Assembly: GCA_963745075.1 (NCBI GenBank)
Contig: CAVUWV010000024.1
Coordinates: 224,001-288,000, forward strand
Length of the DNA stretch: 64,000 nt
Source of the DNA: Candidatus Hydrogenedentota bacterium
Lineage (GTDB): Bacteria; Hydrogenedentota; Hydrogenedentia; Hydrogenedentales; SLHB01
Direction of reading: 5' to 3'
Positions 52,108 through 62,079 of the stretch are shown here, one piece after another. The notes beneath the pieces were generated by a model. That model had not been told where the DNA came from. It did no database searches and saw nothing but the letters and a program-made list of their open reading frames with translations. Position 1 is the stretch's first letter. Every line of letters begins with the position of its first letter. The translations under genes were made by a program, and so were the position numbers.

Positions 52108-53990
52108 TCACAGCGTATTCGGTTTCGCATCGATATGCAGCGCATCAACCCGGGCGCACGCCTTCTCCCCGTGTTCGACGCCGCTGGTGCTTCGCAATAC
52201 AGCGCGTACATCGAATTCCTGCGTGTCGCCGAGTTCATCACTCGGGCACTTCCAGACGCAACGGACCCTGGTGACGACCTTCCGTGGCGATTTCCCATTT
52301 CGGTGCTTCGCCGCGGGGTCGCCACCTGGAGCAGCACGTAGCCGCCAAGGTTCTTGGCGTCCGCGTAGCAATCGAGGGTCACGACGAGATTTTGCAGGGG
52401 ACGGGGAGAAGATATTCGTTGGGTAATCGTGGTGGATGTAGCCGAGCCGCCGACCATGCCGACCCAGAAGCCGCCGTCCCGATAGCCGCCGTGATCGGGA
52501 TGCGCTACTTCGAGATCACCGAAATGCTTCCAGCGCGGCGTGGAAAAGTCATCTTCGTAGGAGAGGTTGCCGTAAAGGTCTTCGCTTAGCATGGCAGCCG
52601 CGCCGGGCGGCGGTGTTTCGGCGACACACGTGACGCGTAATGCGTGCAAGGATTGAGGCTGTAGATTTGGAGTTAGCCCCTTCACCCTCCATGGTCGACA
52701 CGCACGTAGACAACGTGTGTGTTCCCCAACGTTTCCTGTTTCGCCTCCAAAACGGTCGGTGAGTTCGCCCTCCTGCGTTGCCATCAGGGGCCAGGATTGC
52801 AGAGTTGAATCGGTGGTTATCGCGAGCTGGTTGCGTCCCGCCGCATCACCCGGCGGAGTCAGCGTCGAGGTTTACCGCGACCGACTGCAACGGGAAGTAG
52901 GACACGAATCGATAGGTCAGCGAAGATCGCGCCAGCCCATTCGGCTTGGGTTCGAAGAACAACCCTTCGCCTGAGCCGGACAGCCGCAGATTCAGGAATC
53001 CGTCAATCGTCGCGTCGTGAATCCATTGGAAACCATCGAAGTTCTCCACGTACACACTGGGATCGTCGACGTCACCGCCGGCCGATATCGACCGGTCCGC
53101 GTACGAATCGTTCGCCGACGGCAGTGGGAGTTGGCTTTCCCGGAAACTGTGCATTTGTGCTCGTTTGACGCGCAGTGCGTCGCGCAACACACGCATATCT
53201 TCGGTTGGGCTGTCTACCCACGAACCCACGGACCCGGCCCCGCCACGGCGAACGCCGCGGTAGAGACGTTAAACTCCATGCACGTCGAGAACTGGTGCCA
53301 TTCCTTCGCGATAAGTGCGGCCGTATTGTCGTACTGGGTCCAGCCCGGCCAGTGCGGGTCCGTTGCCCAGACCACGCAGATGGCGGGTTTGCCCAGCGAT
53401 ACGAATTCCATCACATGCTTTCGAAAAACCGGAGCCGCACGGCCGTACGAGTCCCAAATCCATCCATCCGCGGTCAACGACGGGTCGGGCTGGAGCGGGT
53501 CCGAGTACCACTGAAAGACCGGGATCCCGTACGTTGTGCGAATGTGTTTCGCGACCCCATCGAGCAGATCGCGATGGTTCGGCGTGTTTTCCTCGCCTAG
53601 ACACACGGCCGGAATGAGTTCGGGAGCGGTGGAAGCATTCGCCTCGGGCTTCAGCCATGCATCTACGCGTGCGATGGCGTCGTCCAACGGCACGCCCTCG
53701 CGTTCGCCGAAGTAGAGAATGTAGATATTGTGACGTGTTGCTTCCGGCTGTGTCTCGGCCTTCTCTGCGAGGTTCTTCCAATATTCCGCCTTGTTGGGGA
53801 ACGTTTCGCCGAGTTTCAGCTTTCATCATCCGGTAGTCGAAGTACGAATCGAGTCCGCCGCCATACACACCGAGGGAGCGGTAGCCGGGGTCCGGGTAGG
53901 AGCGTACGTGAACTTCGTCCGCCATCGCCCCGCGTCCAAAAAGCAGTCCTAGAAGGGTCAGCGCAAGCAACGATCTCTTGTACACCGAGC
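52108..53990 (-). pseudogene. heavily fragmented hypothetical secreted protein (assembly errors or decay)
   Basis: Successive protein-like fragments in different minus frames (53269.., 53214.., 52846.., 52020.., 52108..) with a signal-like N-terminus. Confidence 0.45.
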
Positions 53991-54110
53991 GTGACCGGCA
54001 CGATTCTTGGTTGAAGCGTCTGTGATTTGTCGCTCTAAGCATGCATCACAGGATACCGCAAAACGGCCGGCCTCCGCCTGTTTGAGCGAGAGACCGGCCT
54101 CGCGGCATCG

Positions 54111-54671
54111 TCAGCCGACAACCAGCTGGGATTTAAGCGCGATCGCGTTGGCGATGTTGTACCGGTTAGGGGAAAGGCGTGTGACCGTGTCGTGCACCTT
54201 CTGAAACTGTTCCGGCGTGCCGTTGCCTTTGACGTGAACCGTGTAGCGAATCTCGTCGTAGCCCGGTTTCACGTTCGGGTCGATACCGAAGAACCCGCGC
54301 AGATCGATGTTGCCTTCACTTTCGATGCGCAACGCTTCCAGTTCGATGCCTTCCATGGCGCACCCCGTCGCATAGCCGACCATCATGCAGGCGTTCAACG
54401 CCGCCATGAGGTATTCCTGCGGATTGGGGTACTCGTTGGTGCCGCACAGTTCGCACGGCTCGTCGACCCGGATGGTGAAATCCTTCGTGATGGTCTCGCC
54501 CCCGATCATGTAGTTGGTCACGTGCGCGTCCGATCGCGTGCCGCCCATCCACACCGTGGAGACGTTCCACTTGGTCTTGCCCTTGGCCGGGTCGTCGGCC
54601 ACGGCCTTGATCCCGGTGCGCAGCGCTTCCGTATCGATCCCGTTGACCATCGTCTGTGTCATGGTTTCCAT
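54111..54671 (-). CDS. OsmC family protein
   Basis: VNGID, DEPCELCGTNEYPNPQEYLMAALNACM and GNIDLRGFFGI motifs. Confidence 0.88.
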   Translation of the reverse strand: METMTQTMVNGIDTEALRTGIKAVADDPAKGKTKWNVSTVWMGGTRSDAHVTNYMIGGETITKDFTIRVDEPCELCGTNEYPNPQEYLMAALNACMMVGYATGCAMEGIELEALRIESEGNIDLRGFFGIDPNVKPGYDEIRYTVHVKGNGTPEQFQKVHDTVTRLSPNRYNIANAIALKSQLVVG

Positions 54672-54741
54672 TGCTAAGCCCTTTCTTTTCTTCATCCCAC
54701 TTCGTGAACTGCCAATTCAACTCCACATGCCGAATGATAGG

Positions 54742-54756
54742 GCAAGGTGCATGCCA
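54742..54756 (-). promoter_or_regulatory. sigma54 (-24/-12) promoter of the OsmC gene
   Basis: minus strand TGGCATG-CACC-TTGC, near consensus. Confidence 0.8.
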
Positions 54757-54825
54757 AGGCGGCGGCTCTCGGTTAACTTGCTTATAGGGAATGAGATATG
54801 ACGAGAAGTTTTCGTCCGACAGCAT

Positions 54826-54856
54826 CGTGAGATCTCGCGGATTGCGAGATCTCGCG
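54826..54856. promoter_or_regulatory. tandem palindromes, candidate enhancer (UAS)
   Basis: cgtgagatctcgcg and tgcgagatctcgcg, 17 bp apart, 70-100 bp upstream of the sigma54 site. Confidence 0.6.
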
Positions 54857-54966
54857 AATATTCCGAGTCCGGGTTCACGTTGTCTCCAATAGGGGAGATA
54901 CGAACGACACGCGTTGGGTCCGAGTGTCTCGGTGGACGCGTTGTCAGAAGACTTGTGGAGGATTCA

Positions 54967-56193
54967 ATGCAATTTCAGGAATTCCTGCAGCTCTACGGCG
55001 AAGCGGCGACGACGGCACTGGGGTTCTTCTGGAAGGCGGGGTGGGCCTTTATTCTTGGGTACGCGGTCAGCGCAATGATTCAGACATTTGTCCCCAAGAA
55101 ACGGCTGACCCGGTACATGGGCGGCGCTGGTCTCCAGAGTATTGGGTTGGCCACGGTGTTCGGCTCCATCTCAAGCTCATGCTCGTTCGCTGCACTATCT
55201 GCCGCCCGGGCGCTCGTGCAAAAGGGCGCCCACTTTATCGCGGCGGTAGCGTTTATGTTTGCAAGCACGAACTTGGTGATTGAACTCGGGATCCTGATTC
55301 TGATCTTTCTGGGCTGGCAATTTCTCGCTGCGGAAATCATCGGGGGGATCGTGTTAATCGCAATTTCGAGTGTCATCATCTTGATGACCTACCCCAAGAA
55401 TTGGATGAACGCGGGACGGAAGAAGGTTGAGGAAGAAGCGGGTGACGAGGAGGAAGACTTCGACCCCTGGGACCGCATGACCTCACGCAAGGGGTGGCAC
55501 CTTGTCGGGCGCAAGTTCTTTATGGAATGGAAAATGGTCTGGGAGGAAATCCTGATTGGGTTCACCATTGCCGGGTTCATGGCCGTGTTCGTCCCCGACC
55601 GCTTTTGGAAACTCATCTTTCTTTCGGCGCATGCGGACGCAGGCGGTATTACGGGCGTGCTGGTTGCCGTTGAGAACGCGATGATCGCGCCGTTTGTGGC
55701 GGCGGCGACCTTTATCGGCTCGATGGGCAACATACCGCTGGCCACAGTCCTGAACGCCGGCGGGGTGTTGTTCGCGGGGATCATGGGGTTCATCTACTCG
55801 GATCTCATGGTGCCTCCACTCGTTAACGTCAACGCAAAATACTACGGATGGCGCGTGGCGCTATATATCGCCGGGGTGATGTACGTCAGCATCGTCATGA
55901 CTGCCTTGGTCCTCCACTTCTTATTCTCAGCGTTGGGGCTCGCGCCGGAGAGTTCACGTGCCGTAAAAGATGTGGCACAATTCGCAATCGACTACACCTT
56001 CTGGCTCAACATTGCCTTCGTAGTTGCCGTAGCAGGAATGGCATTTCTGGCGCGTCCGTCGTTCGCAGGCCTATCCGAATCCGAAGGGCACGATCACAGC
56101 GGCCGGAGCAAGCTGACCATAAAGCGAGCCGTTGCTCTATCCGCCATGGGATCTATCATAATTGGAGTCCTCTATCACGTGATTTCCCGGTAA
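54967..56193 (+). CDS. predicted permease (ArsP_1/DUF318 family)
   Basis: GSISSSCSFAA, FMFASTNLVIELG and TFIGSMGNIPLA motifs; polytopic. Confidence 0.82.
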   Translation: MQFQEFLQLYGEAATTALGFFWKAGWAFILGYAVSAMIQTFVPKKRLTRYMGGAGLQSIGLATVFGSISSSCSFAALSAARALVQKGAHFIAAVAFMFASTNLVIELGILILIFLGWQFLAAEIIGGIVLIAISSVIILMTYPKNWMNAGRKKVEEEAGDEEEDFDPWDRMTSRKGWHLVGRKFFMEWKMVWEEILIGFTIAGFMAVFVPDRFWKLIFLSAHADAGGITGVLVAVENAMIAPFVAAATFIGSMGNIPLATVLNAGGVLFAGIMGFIYSDLMVPPLVNVNAKYYGWRVALYIAGVMYVSIVMTALVLHFLFSALGLAPESSRAVKDVAQFAIDYTFWLNIAFVVAVAGMAFLARPSFAGLSESEGHDHSGRSKLTIKRAVALSAMGSIIIGVLYHVISR

Positions 56194-56316
56194 TGGAACT
56201 TATAGCGCCACACGCACGCACGAAAGTCGGCAATGTGCATACCTTCTCGAACTTTGTGTATGATTCGACCCCTTGTCGGACAACGATTCCCAGCGCGAAG
56301 GAGCACTCAGGAGACC

Positions 56317-57540
56317 ATGGCGACACTCAACCCGAACTACGACAAACTGCAGGCCGGATACCTTTTCCCCGAAATCGCCAAACGCACCCGTGCCTTTCAG
56401 GCGGCGAATCCCGATGCCAAGGTCATGCGGCTGGGAATCGGGGATACGACGGAACCGCTCACGCCCTCCGTTATCGCAGGTTTGCACCGGGGCGTCGACA
56501 TGCTCGCGGACGTGAAAACGTACAGCGGGTACGGGGCCGAACAAGGTAATACGGACCTCCGGACAGCGATCGCGGAACGTTATCGGGGTCTTGGGGTATC
56601 AATAGAACCGGATGAAGTGTTCGTGAGCGACGGCGCCAAGCCGGACTCGGCCAATATTCAGTCCATTTTCGGGACCGAGAACGTGGTTGCCGTGCAGGAT
56701 CCGGCCTACCCCGTGTACGTCGACAGCAACATCATCGCCGGCCGGACCGGGCCGTGGAAGGGCGGCCGCTTCGAGGGCCTGGTGTACATGCCGTGCACGG
56801 CCGGCAACGGGTTTATCCCGGCGGTGCCGGACCATAAGGTGGACCTGATCTATCTGTGCAGTCCGAACAATCCGACCGGAGCCGTAGCCACCAAGGAGCA
56901 GTTGAAGGCCTTCGTAGACTACGCACGCGATCACCAGGCCGTTATCATCTTTGATTCGGCCTACGCCGCGTTTATCAGCGATCCGGCGCTGCCCCGGAGC
57001 ATTTTTGAAATCGAAGGCGCGGCCGAGTGCGCACTGGAGATCAGCAGTTTTTCAAAAGAGGCGGGGTTCACAGGCGTGCGGCTGGGGTGGAGCGTGGTGC
57101 CCAAGGCGCTTGTGTGCGAGGATGGAGAAGCCGGCAAAGCGCATCGTCTTTGGAACCGGCGGCAGACCACCATGTTCAATGGCGCGTCCAATATCGTTCA
57201 GGAGGGCGGGTTGGCGGTCATGTCCGAACAAGGACAGCGGGAGTGCAAGGAGATGGTCGCGTACTACATGAGGAACGCGCGGACCATCAAGCAGGGCCTC
57301 GAATCGCTCGGCGTGACCGTCTACGGCGGCGGGAACGCCCCGTACGTGTGGATGGAGACTCCGGCGAAGATGTCGTCGTGGGACTTCTTTGACAAGCTAT
57401 TGAATGAAGCCCATGTGGTAGGGACGCCCGGCTCGGGATTTGGTCCGAGCGGGGAAGGGTTCTTCCGGTTGAGCGCTTTTGGGCATGCCGCAGACATCGA
57501 GGCTGCGGTGGCGAGCATTCGAGAGAATTTGAAGCTCTGA
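56317..57540 (+). CDS. dapL: LL-diaminopimelate aminotransferase
   Basis: GYLFPEIAKR, RLGIGDTT, SDGAKPD, SPNNPTG, SFSKEAGFTGVRLG and GEGFFRLSAF motifs. Confidence 0.95.
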   Translation: MATLNPNYDKLQAGYLFPEIAKRTRAFQAANPDAKVMRLGIGDTTEPLTPSVIAGLHRGVDMLADVKTYSGYGAEQGNTDLRTAIAERYRGLGVSIEPDEVFVSDGAKPDSANIQSIFGTENVVAVQDPAYPVYVDSNIIAGRTGPWKGGRFEGLVYMPCTAGNGFIPAVPDHKVDLIYLCSPNNPTGAVATKEQLKAFVDYARDHQAVIIFDSAYAAFISDPALPRSIFEIEGAAECALEISSFSKEAGFTGVRLGWSVVPKALVCEDGEAGKAHRLWNRRQTTMFNGASNIVQEGGLAVMSEQGQRECKEMVAYYMRNARTIKQGLESLGVTVYGGGNAPYVWMETPAKMSSWDFFDKLLNEAHVVGTPGSGFGPSGEGFFRLSAFGHAADIEAAVASIRENLKL

Positions 57541-57830
57541 TTCAGTGTTCCAGACAGTAGGAGGGCTGAATTTCGGGCACAAGTGCGAACTGCGCGTGAC
57601 GACCGATGCGCGCCGCAGCGTACTACAAGGTTTTGTGCATACCCGGTTCTTCGTGTACACTATGGATGGAGAGGTGTCCCACTTGCCGTCAATTTTCCTG
57701 AATTTCGTGTTTTGGGCAACTTTTTGCGGCGCTGGGGCATTATAAGTCATTGCAATTGGGTAGTTTGATCGCGTATGTGGGTTTTGGTAGCATAACTAGC
57801 CGTGACCGGCTTATTGGAGGATCTACTGAG

Positions 57831-58367
57831 ATGAAACACCTGCGGAGTGGAATGCTGTGCGGGATGTGCGTCGTGCTGGCGTTGGCCGTTGGGACGGGGT
57901 GCAAAAGTAAGAAACCGGAACCCATCAACCCGGGTTTGACGACCGGTCCGACCACCGGTCCCGGACCTGAGGAGACAACGAGTACCGGACTCCCGGATGT
58001 GGACGTGGAGTCGCTGGTGTTCGAGTCGGCCGAAGGTGTCCGGCCCATCTATTTCGACTACGACAGCTACGCGCTTCGTCCCGACGCCCTGGAAACGTTG
58101 CGGCATAACGCGGACGTCTTGAAGCAGTACCCGAACGTGTACGTGCAGATCGAAGGGCACTGCGACGAACGTGGCACGCAAGATTACAACCTTGCATTGG
58201 GCGAAAAACGGGCCTTGGCGGCGCGCGAGCACCTGATTCGACTCGGGATATCCGGAGACCGGCTGATTACCATCAGTTACGGGGAAGAAGACCCGGTGGA
58301 TCCCGGCCATAACGAAGCGGCGTGGGCGAAGAACCGGCGCTGCGAGTTCAACAAAGCGAACCGATAG
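57831..58367 (+). CDS. pal: peptidoglycan-associated lipoprotein
   Basis: Lipobox GTGC; IYFDYDS, IEGHCDERGTQDYNLALGEKRA and KNRRCEF motifs. Confidence 0.95.
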   Translation: MKHLRSGMLCGMCVVLALAVGTGCKSKKPEPINPGLTTGPTTGPGPEETTSTGLPDVDVESLVFESAEGVRPIYFDYDSYALRPDALETLRHNADVLKQYPNVYVQIEGHCDERGTQDYNLALGEKRALAAREHLIRLGISGDRLITISYGEEDPVDPGHNEAAWAKNRRCEFNKANR

Positions 58368-58374
58368 GGGGCTT

Positions 58375-59229
58375 GTGATGCGTTTCCGGATTGCCCTTGC
58401 AGGTGTGGCGTTGTCGGTTCTATTGGCGGGTTGTGCGACCACGGGTTCCAGTGGTGACCAGGTCGCCAACTCCGTTTACGCGACCCACCGTATTGCGAAG
58501 AACCTCGAATCGGAACTGACGCCGCGGATTACTCAGCTCAACGAGACGACGGCGGAACTCACGGCTAAGGTGGAAGCGAGCGAAACCACCACGAAACAGC
58601 TTCAAAGTAAAGTCGAGGAAAACCAGGCCAAACTGGACGCACTTCAGCAATCGCTGGAAAAGCTTTCTTCGGTGATCTACCGGGAGTTCGGCTTGTCCAC
58701 CGGCACGCAGCGCACTGGGTCGTTGGAGTTCGAAGCGCCCGTGGTGGAAACTCCGGGCGGCGGCACGAGCGAGATACCTCCCGCGACTCCGGGTGAAACC
58801 TCGGCGACTCCGCCCGTTTCCGACACCAGCATGGAAACGACGTCGAACGCGTTGACGGAGTACAACAAGGCGCAGCAGGCGTTTTTGAGTGACGATTACG
58901 AGCAGGCGATCACGTTGTACGACGCGTTTCTGCAACGCTATCCCAACGCCGAGAGCGCGGCGAACGCGCAATTCTGGAAAGCGGAATCCTACCGCAAACT
59001 GGGTCAGTATGAGACCGCGATTGCTGAATTCGAGAAGGTTCGGAGCAACTATCCGGGTCCCGACAATCTGAAAGCAGCCCCTTCAATCGAACGGCAGGCA
59101 GAATGCCACATCGCCCTTGGCCAGACCCAGCGGGCGGTCGACCTTTGGAATCAACTGGTTGAGGACTATCCGTTGTCGGAAGTGACGGACCAGGCACGAG
59201 CCAGACTTCGGCAGGTTCGCGGCAACTAG
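58375..59229 (+). CDS. cpoB: Tol-Pal associated coiled-coil/TPR protein CpoB (YbgF)
   Basis: Lipobox LAGC, coiled coil, TPRs (YPNAESAANAQFW); directly follows pal. Confidence 0.85.
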   Translation: MMRFRIALAGVALSVLLAGCATTGSSGDQVANSVYATHRIAKNLESELTPRITQLNETTAELTAKVEASETTTKQLQSKVEENQAKLDALQQSLEKLSSVIYREFGLSTGTQRTGSLEFEAPVVETPGGGTSEIPPATPGETSATPPVSDTSMETTSNALTEYNKAQQAFLSDDYEQAITLYDAFLQRYPNAESAANAQFWKAESYRKLGQYETAIAEFEKVRSNYPGPDNLKAAPSIERQAECHIALGQTQRAVDLWNQLVEDYPLSEVTDQARARLRQVRGN

Positions 59230-59334
59230 TATTCTTTGATTCAGTTTGACGGTGTAGATTGCGGCGCGCGAGGTCCGAGTCTCGCGCGCCGTTATGTGTT
59301 TCGGAAAGATAGCGGATAGAAGAGAGAGGAGCCC

Positions 59335-60345
59335 ATGAAGCACTATCTGGGGCTTGATGCGGGAGGGACCAAGACCTTCTGTCTGGTGGGGGATGAAACC
59401 GGCCGCGTGGACGGATTTGGCAGGGCCGGGACGGGAAACTATGAGCACTACGGCGTGGGCCCGGCACTTGACGAGAATCGCAAGGCCGTCAATGCCGCGC
59501 TCGAGTCTGCGGGGCTCACCCTGAAGGATGTCGACGCGATAGGCCTGGGAATCGCCGGCGCCGACGTTCCCGAGGATTACGAAATGCTGGAACGCGAAAT
59601 CTTTACGCCTCTCTTTGGCGATATCCCGCGCGATTTCCAAAACGACTCAATGGCCGGCTTGCGGGGAGGTACTCGGAATCCCTTTGGTGTCGTTATCGCC
59701 TGTGGGACGGGCTGCGTTTCGGCGGGAAAGAATTCCGCTGGCGACCACGCGCGCGTTGGTGGGTTGGGTCCCGAGTTTGGCGATATTTGTTCGGGATCGG
59801 ACATCGGACGCCAAGGGCTGCAAAAGGTCTGGCAGGCCCGGGACGAGATCATCGGCGATACGCTGCTCACGCGGAAATTCATGGAACGGGCCGGCTGTTC
59901 CACGGTAGAGGAATTGTTTTACGGCCTATACCGGCGTGAGATTACCTACGCGGATTTGCAGCCCATGTCGAAGCTGGTTTTTGATGCCGCATTTGAAGGC
60001 GACGAGGCTGCGTGTGATATTCTACTTTCAGGCGGCCGGTACCTGGGCGCCATGGTCAACGCGGTTGCGCGAAAACTGGGCATGACCCGCAGCGAATTTG
60101 AAGTGGTGATGGCCGGCAGCGTATTCAAAGGCAGCAGTCCGGTGCTGGTTGACGCCATGCGCACCGTAATCCGAAGCGAGTGCCCGCTCGCCAAAACAGT
60201 GATGCCGGTCTATGAGCCCGTGGTAGGCGCGTTGCTCATGGGAATGGAAGTTAAAAGGGATGTGACCGAAGAAGTATACGGGAATCTGACTCGTGCACTG
60301 GAGGAAGCGGAGGTGCAGTACGGAGTGAGGTTTCGGGCGGAGTAA
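59335..60345 (+). CDS. BadF/BadG/BcrA/BcrD-family ATPase, N-acetylglucosamine-kinase-like
   Basis: LGLDAGGTKT, GIAGAD, NDSMAGL, IACGTG and AGSVF motifs. Confidence 0.85.
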   Translation: MKHYLGLDAGGTKTFCLVGDETGRVDGFGRAGTGNYEHYGVGPALDENRKAVNAALESAGLTLKDVDAIGLGIAGADVPEDYEMLEREIFTPLFGDIPRDFQNDSMAGLRGGTRNPFGVVIACGTGCVSAGKNSAGDHARVGGLGPEFGDICSGSDIGRQGLQKVWQARDEIIGDTLLTRKFMERAGCSTVEELFYGLYRREITYADLQPMSKLVFDAAFEGDEAACDILLSGGRYLGAMVNAVARKLGMTRSEFEVVMAGSVFKGSSPVLVDAMRTVIRSECPLAKTVMPVYEPVVGALLMGMEVKRDVTEEVYGNLTRALEEAEVQYGVRFRAE

Positions 60346-60348
60346 GCC

Positions 60349-61587
60349 ATGCGAGTACGATCCAGCTATGTCGTCATTACGATGCTCCTCGTAATCGGAG
60401 CGTTTGTCCTGTTTGCCTGGGTACGAATGAACACCGCCACCGGCGTAAGTGATGCAAAAGGCCACGACGAAGCTTTTCTGGAACAGGTCCGTGAACTGCG
60501 GAAATCTGGAAGAGGTTCGGCTGCCCGGGACGGCTTGATACGGGCGGGCGACGTGGAGTCCGGCATTCCGAACGGGCCGAAATTGGAAGTGGAAACCACC
60601 GATTTCGACATGGGGGTCATCGACAATACGAAGCCGACAACCGAGACGATGGCCATTTACAATCGGGGCAAGTCTCCTCTTCAGATCCTCAATATTCGCA
60701 CCAGTTGTGGTTGTACCCAGGGTGAACTGGAAAAGAACGGCACCGCCAGCGACGGTTCGCCAACGACCCTGATTCCCCCCGGCGGCGAACTTCCCATGTC
60801 GATAACGGTCGATCCTTTCCGCATTCCCGGGTTCTCGTCGAAGAAAGTTCTCACCCTGTACTCCGACGATCCCGTAAAGCCTACCGTGGAAGTGAACGTG
60901 TCCGCGGAGGTAAAGCCGGAGTTTACGCTTGAACCCGAATCGCTTGATTTTGGGACCGTAGAAAACGGGAAAGTTGACGACGCGACGGTGATCTTGCGGC
61001 AGGCGAACGCCGAAAACCTGGATGTCACCGGCGTTGAACCCGGCCGGAACGCCGTCAAGAAGGGCGACAAAGGGGTGGAAGCGTCCGATGTGACGCAGTA
61101 TACGCTGGACCTGAAAAAGCGGCCGAAAGACCAATGGAAATCTCCGGATCACCCGGAATGGGCGATCGCGATCCACTTGGGCCCAAGCCTTCCCGTTGGC
61201 GCCTTTCGCGATACGTTTCGCATACTCACGAACAGCAAACGGGTTCGGATTTTCCCGTACCGCGTGGCAGCCGAAGTCCACTCGTTTTACGATGTCGCGC
61301 CCACGATGCTGAGCGTTCGCAACGCCGTCGATCCCGGTAGCGAACACGTGGCCACCGCCGTGGTAAGTTCGGATACGACCTTCTCGGTCGAGGATCTCAA
61401 AGTATCCGGGGACGCCTTTACCGTAGCTGTGCGCGACGGCGACAAACCGAATACGAAATTCATCGACCTCGGTGTGCGTGGAAATGCCACGCCCGGGCTC
61501 AAAAATGAACGTGTTACGTTCAAAGTGCATTCGGGAGACAAGACCGCCACCCATATCATGCGGGCATTCGCATCGGTCAAAGGGTAG
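60349..61587 (+). CDS. DUF1573-domain (Ig-like) membrane-anchored protein
   Basis: FDMG...YNRGKSPLQILNIRTSCGCT...IPPGG. Confidence 0.8.
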   Translation: MRVRSSYVVITMLLVIGAFVLFAWVRMNTATGVSDAKGHDEAFLEQVRELRKSGRGSAARDGLIRAGDVESGIPNGPKLEVETTDFDMGVIDNTKPTTETMAIYNRGKSPLQILNIRTSCGCTQGELEKNGTASDGSPTTLIPPGGELPMSITVDPFRIPGFSSKKVLTLYSDDPVKPTVEVNVSAEVKPEFTLEPESLDFGTVENGKVDDATVILRQANAENLDVTGVEPGRNAVKKGDKGVEASDVTQYTLDLKKRPKDQWKSPDHPEWAIAIHLGPSLPVGAFRDTFRILTNSKRVRIFPYRVAAEVHSFYDVAPTMLSVRNAVDPGSEHVATAVVSSDTTFSVEDLKVSGDAFTVAVRDGDKPNTKFIDLGVRGNATPGLKNERVTFKVHSGDKTATHIMRAFASVKG

Positions 61588-61695
61588 GAGTTGGAAAACG
61601 TTACCGTGGCGGGTCGATGGATTGTGGCGAGGTTGCCTCGGACGGGGTGGCCGTGGGCAAGACGTTGTGCTCGCCGCCGGTGGCTGAGATTCTAG

Positions 61696-62079
61696 ATGGC
61701 CCTCTTCGGTAAGAAAGACAAGTCTGAACCGGGGGCTGCGCCCGCATCCGCAGCGCATCAGGTAATCGGTCGCGAGGGCTACTGTGCGGTCTGCAAAGAC
61801 TACCGCCGGTTTTCGCAATGCTGGTTGCGAAGTGCGTGGGTGACCAAGTGTCCGTGTTGCGGTTTGGACTTCGAATCGCCTGCTGCACTTTACACGAAAA
61901 ACTTACCGGCCTGTCCCCGTTGCGGCGAATATCTGGAGCATCCAGGCTTCGAGTATGGCCTGTGCGACGGATGTGGCTCTAAGTTCGAACTCGTTCAAGG
62001 GGCAAAGCCGGGACTTCTGCCGAATAAGTCGCAGCGTGACAAGATGAATGTATATGGGAAGACCTGGAGCAAGGATTGA
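61696..62079 (+). CDS. Cys-rich zinc-ribbon protein
   Basis: CAVC, CPCC, CPRC and CDGC motifs in 127 aa. Confidence 0.7.
   Translation: MALFGKKDKSEPGAAPASAAHQVIGREGYCAVCKDYRRFSQCWLRSAWVTKCPCCGLDFESPAALYTKNLPACPRCGEYLEHPGFEYGLCDGCGSKFELVQGAKPGLLPNKSQRDKMNVYGKTWSKD

Noticed and set aside
57541..57830. Riboswitch or ncRNA in the pal leader (also considered 35260-35410 and the cspA leader)
   Set aside because: No recognisable conserved aptamer by eye; an Rfam/Infernal scan would be needed.
60028..61818. Long antisense ORFs (also 39125..40612, 33851..35089, 43629..44990, 24801..25994)
   Set aside because: Shadow ORFs opposite well-supported genes in high-GC DNA, with no recognisable motifs.
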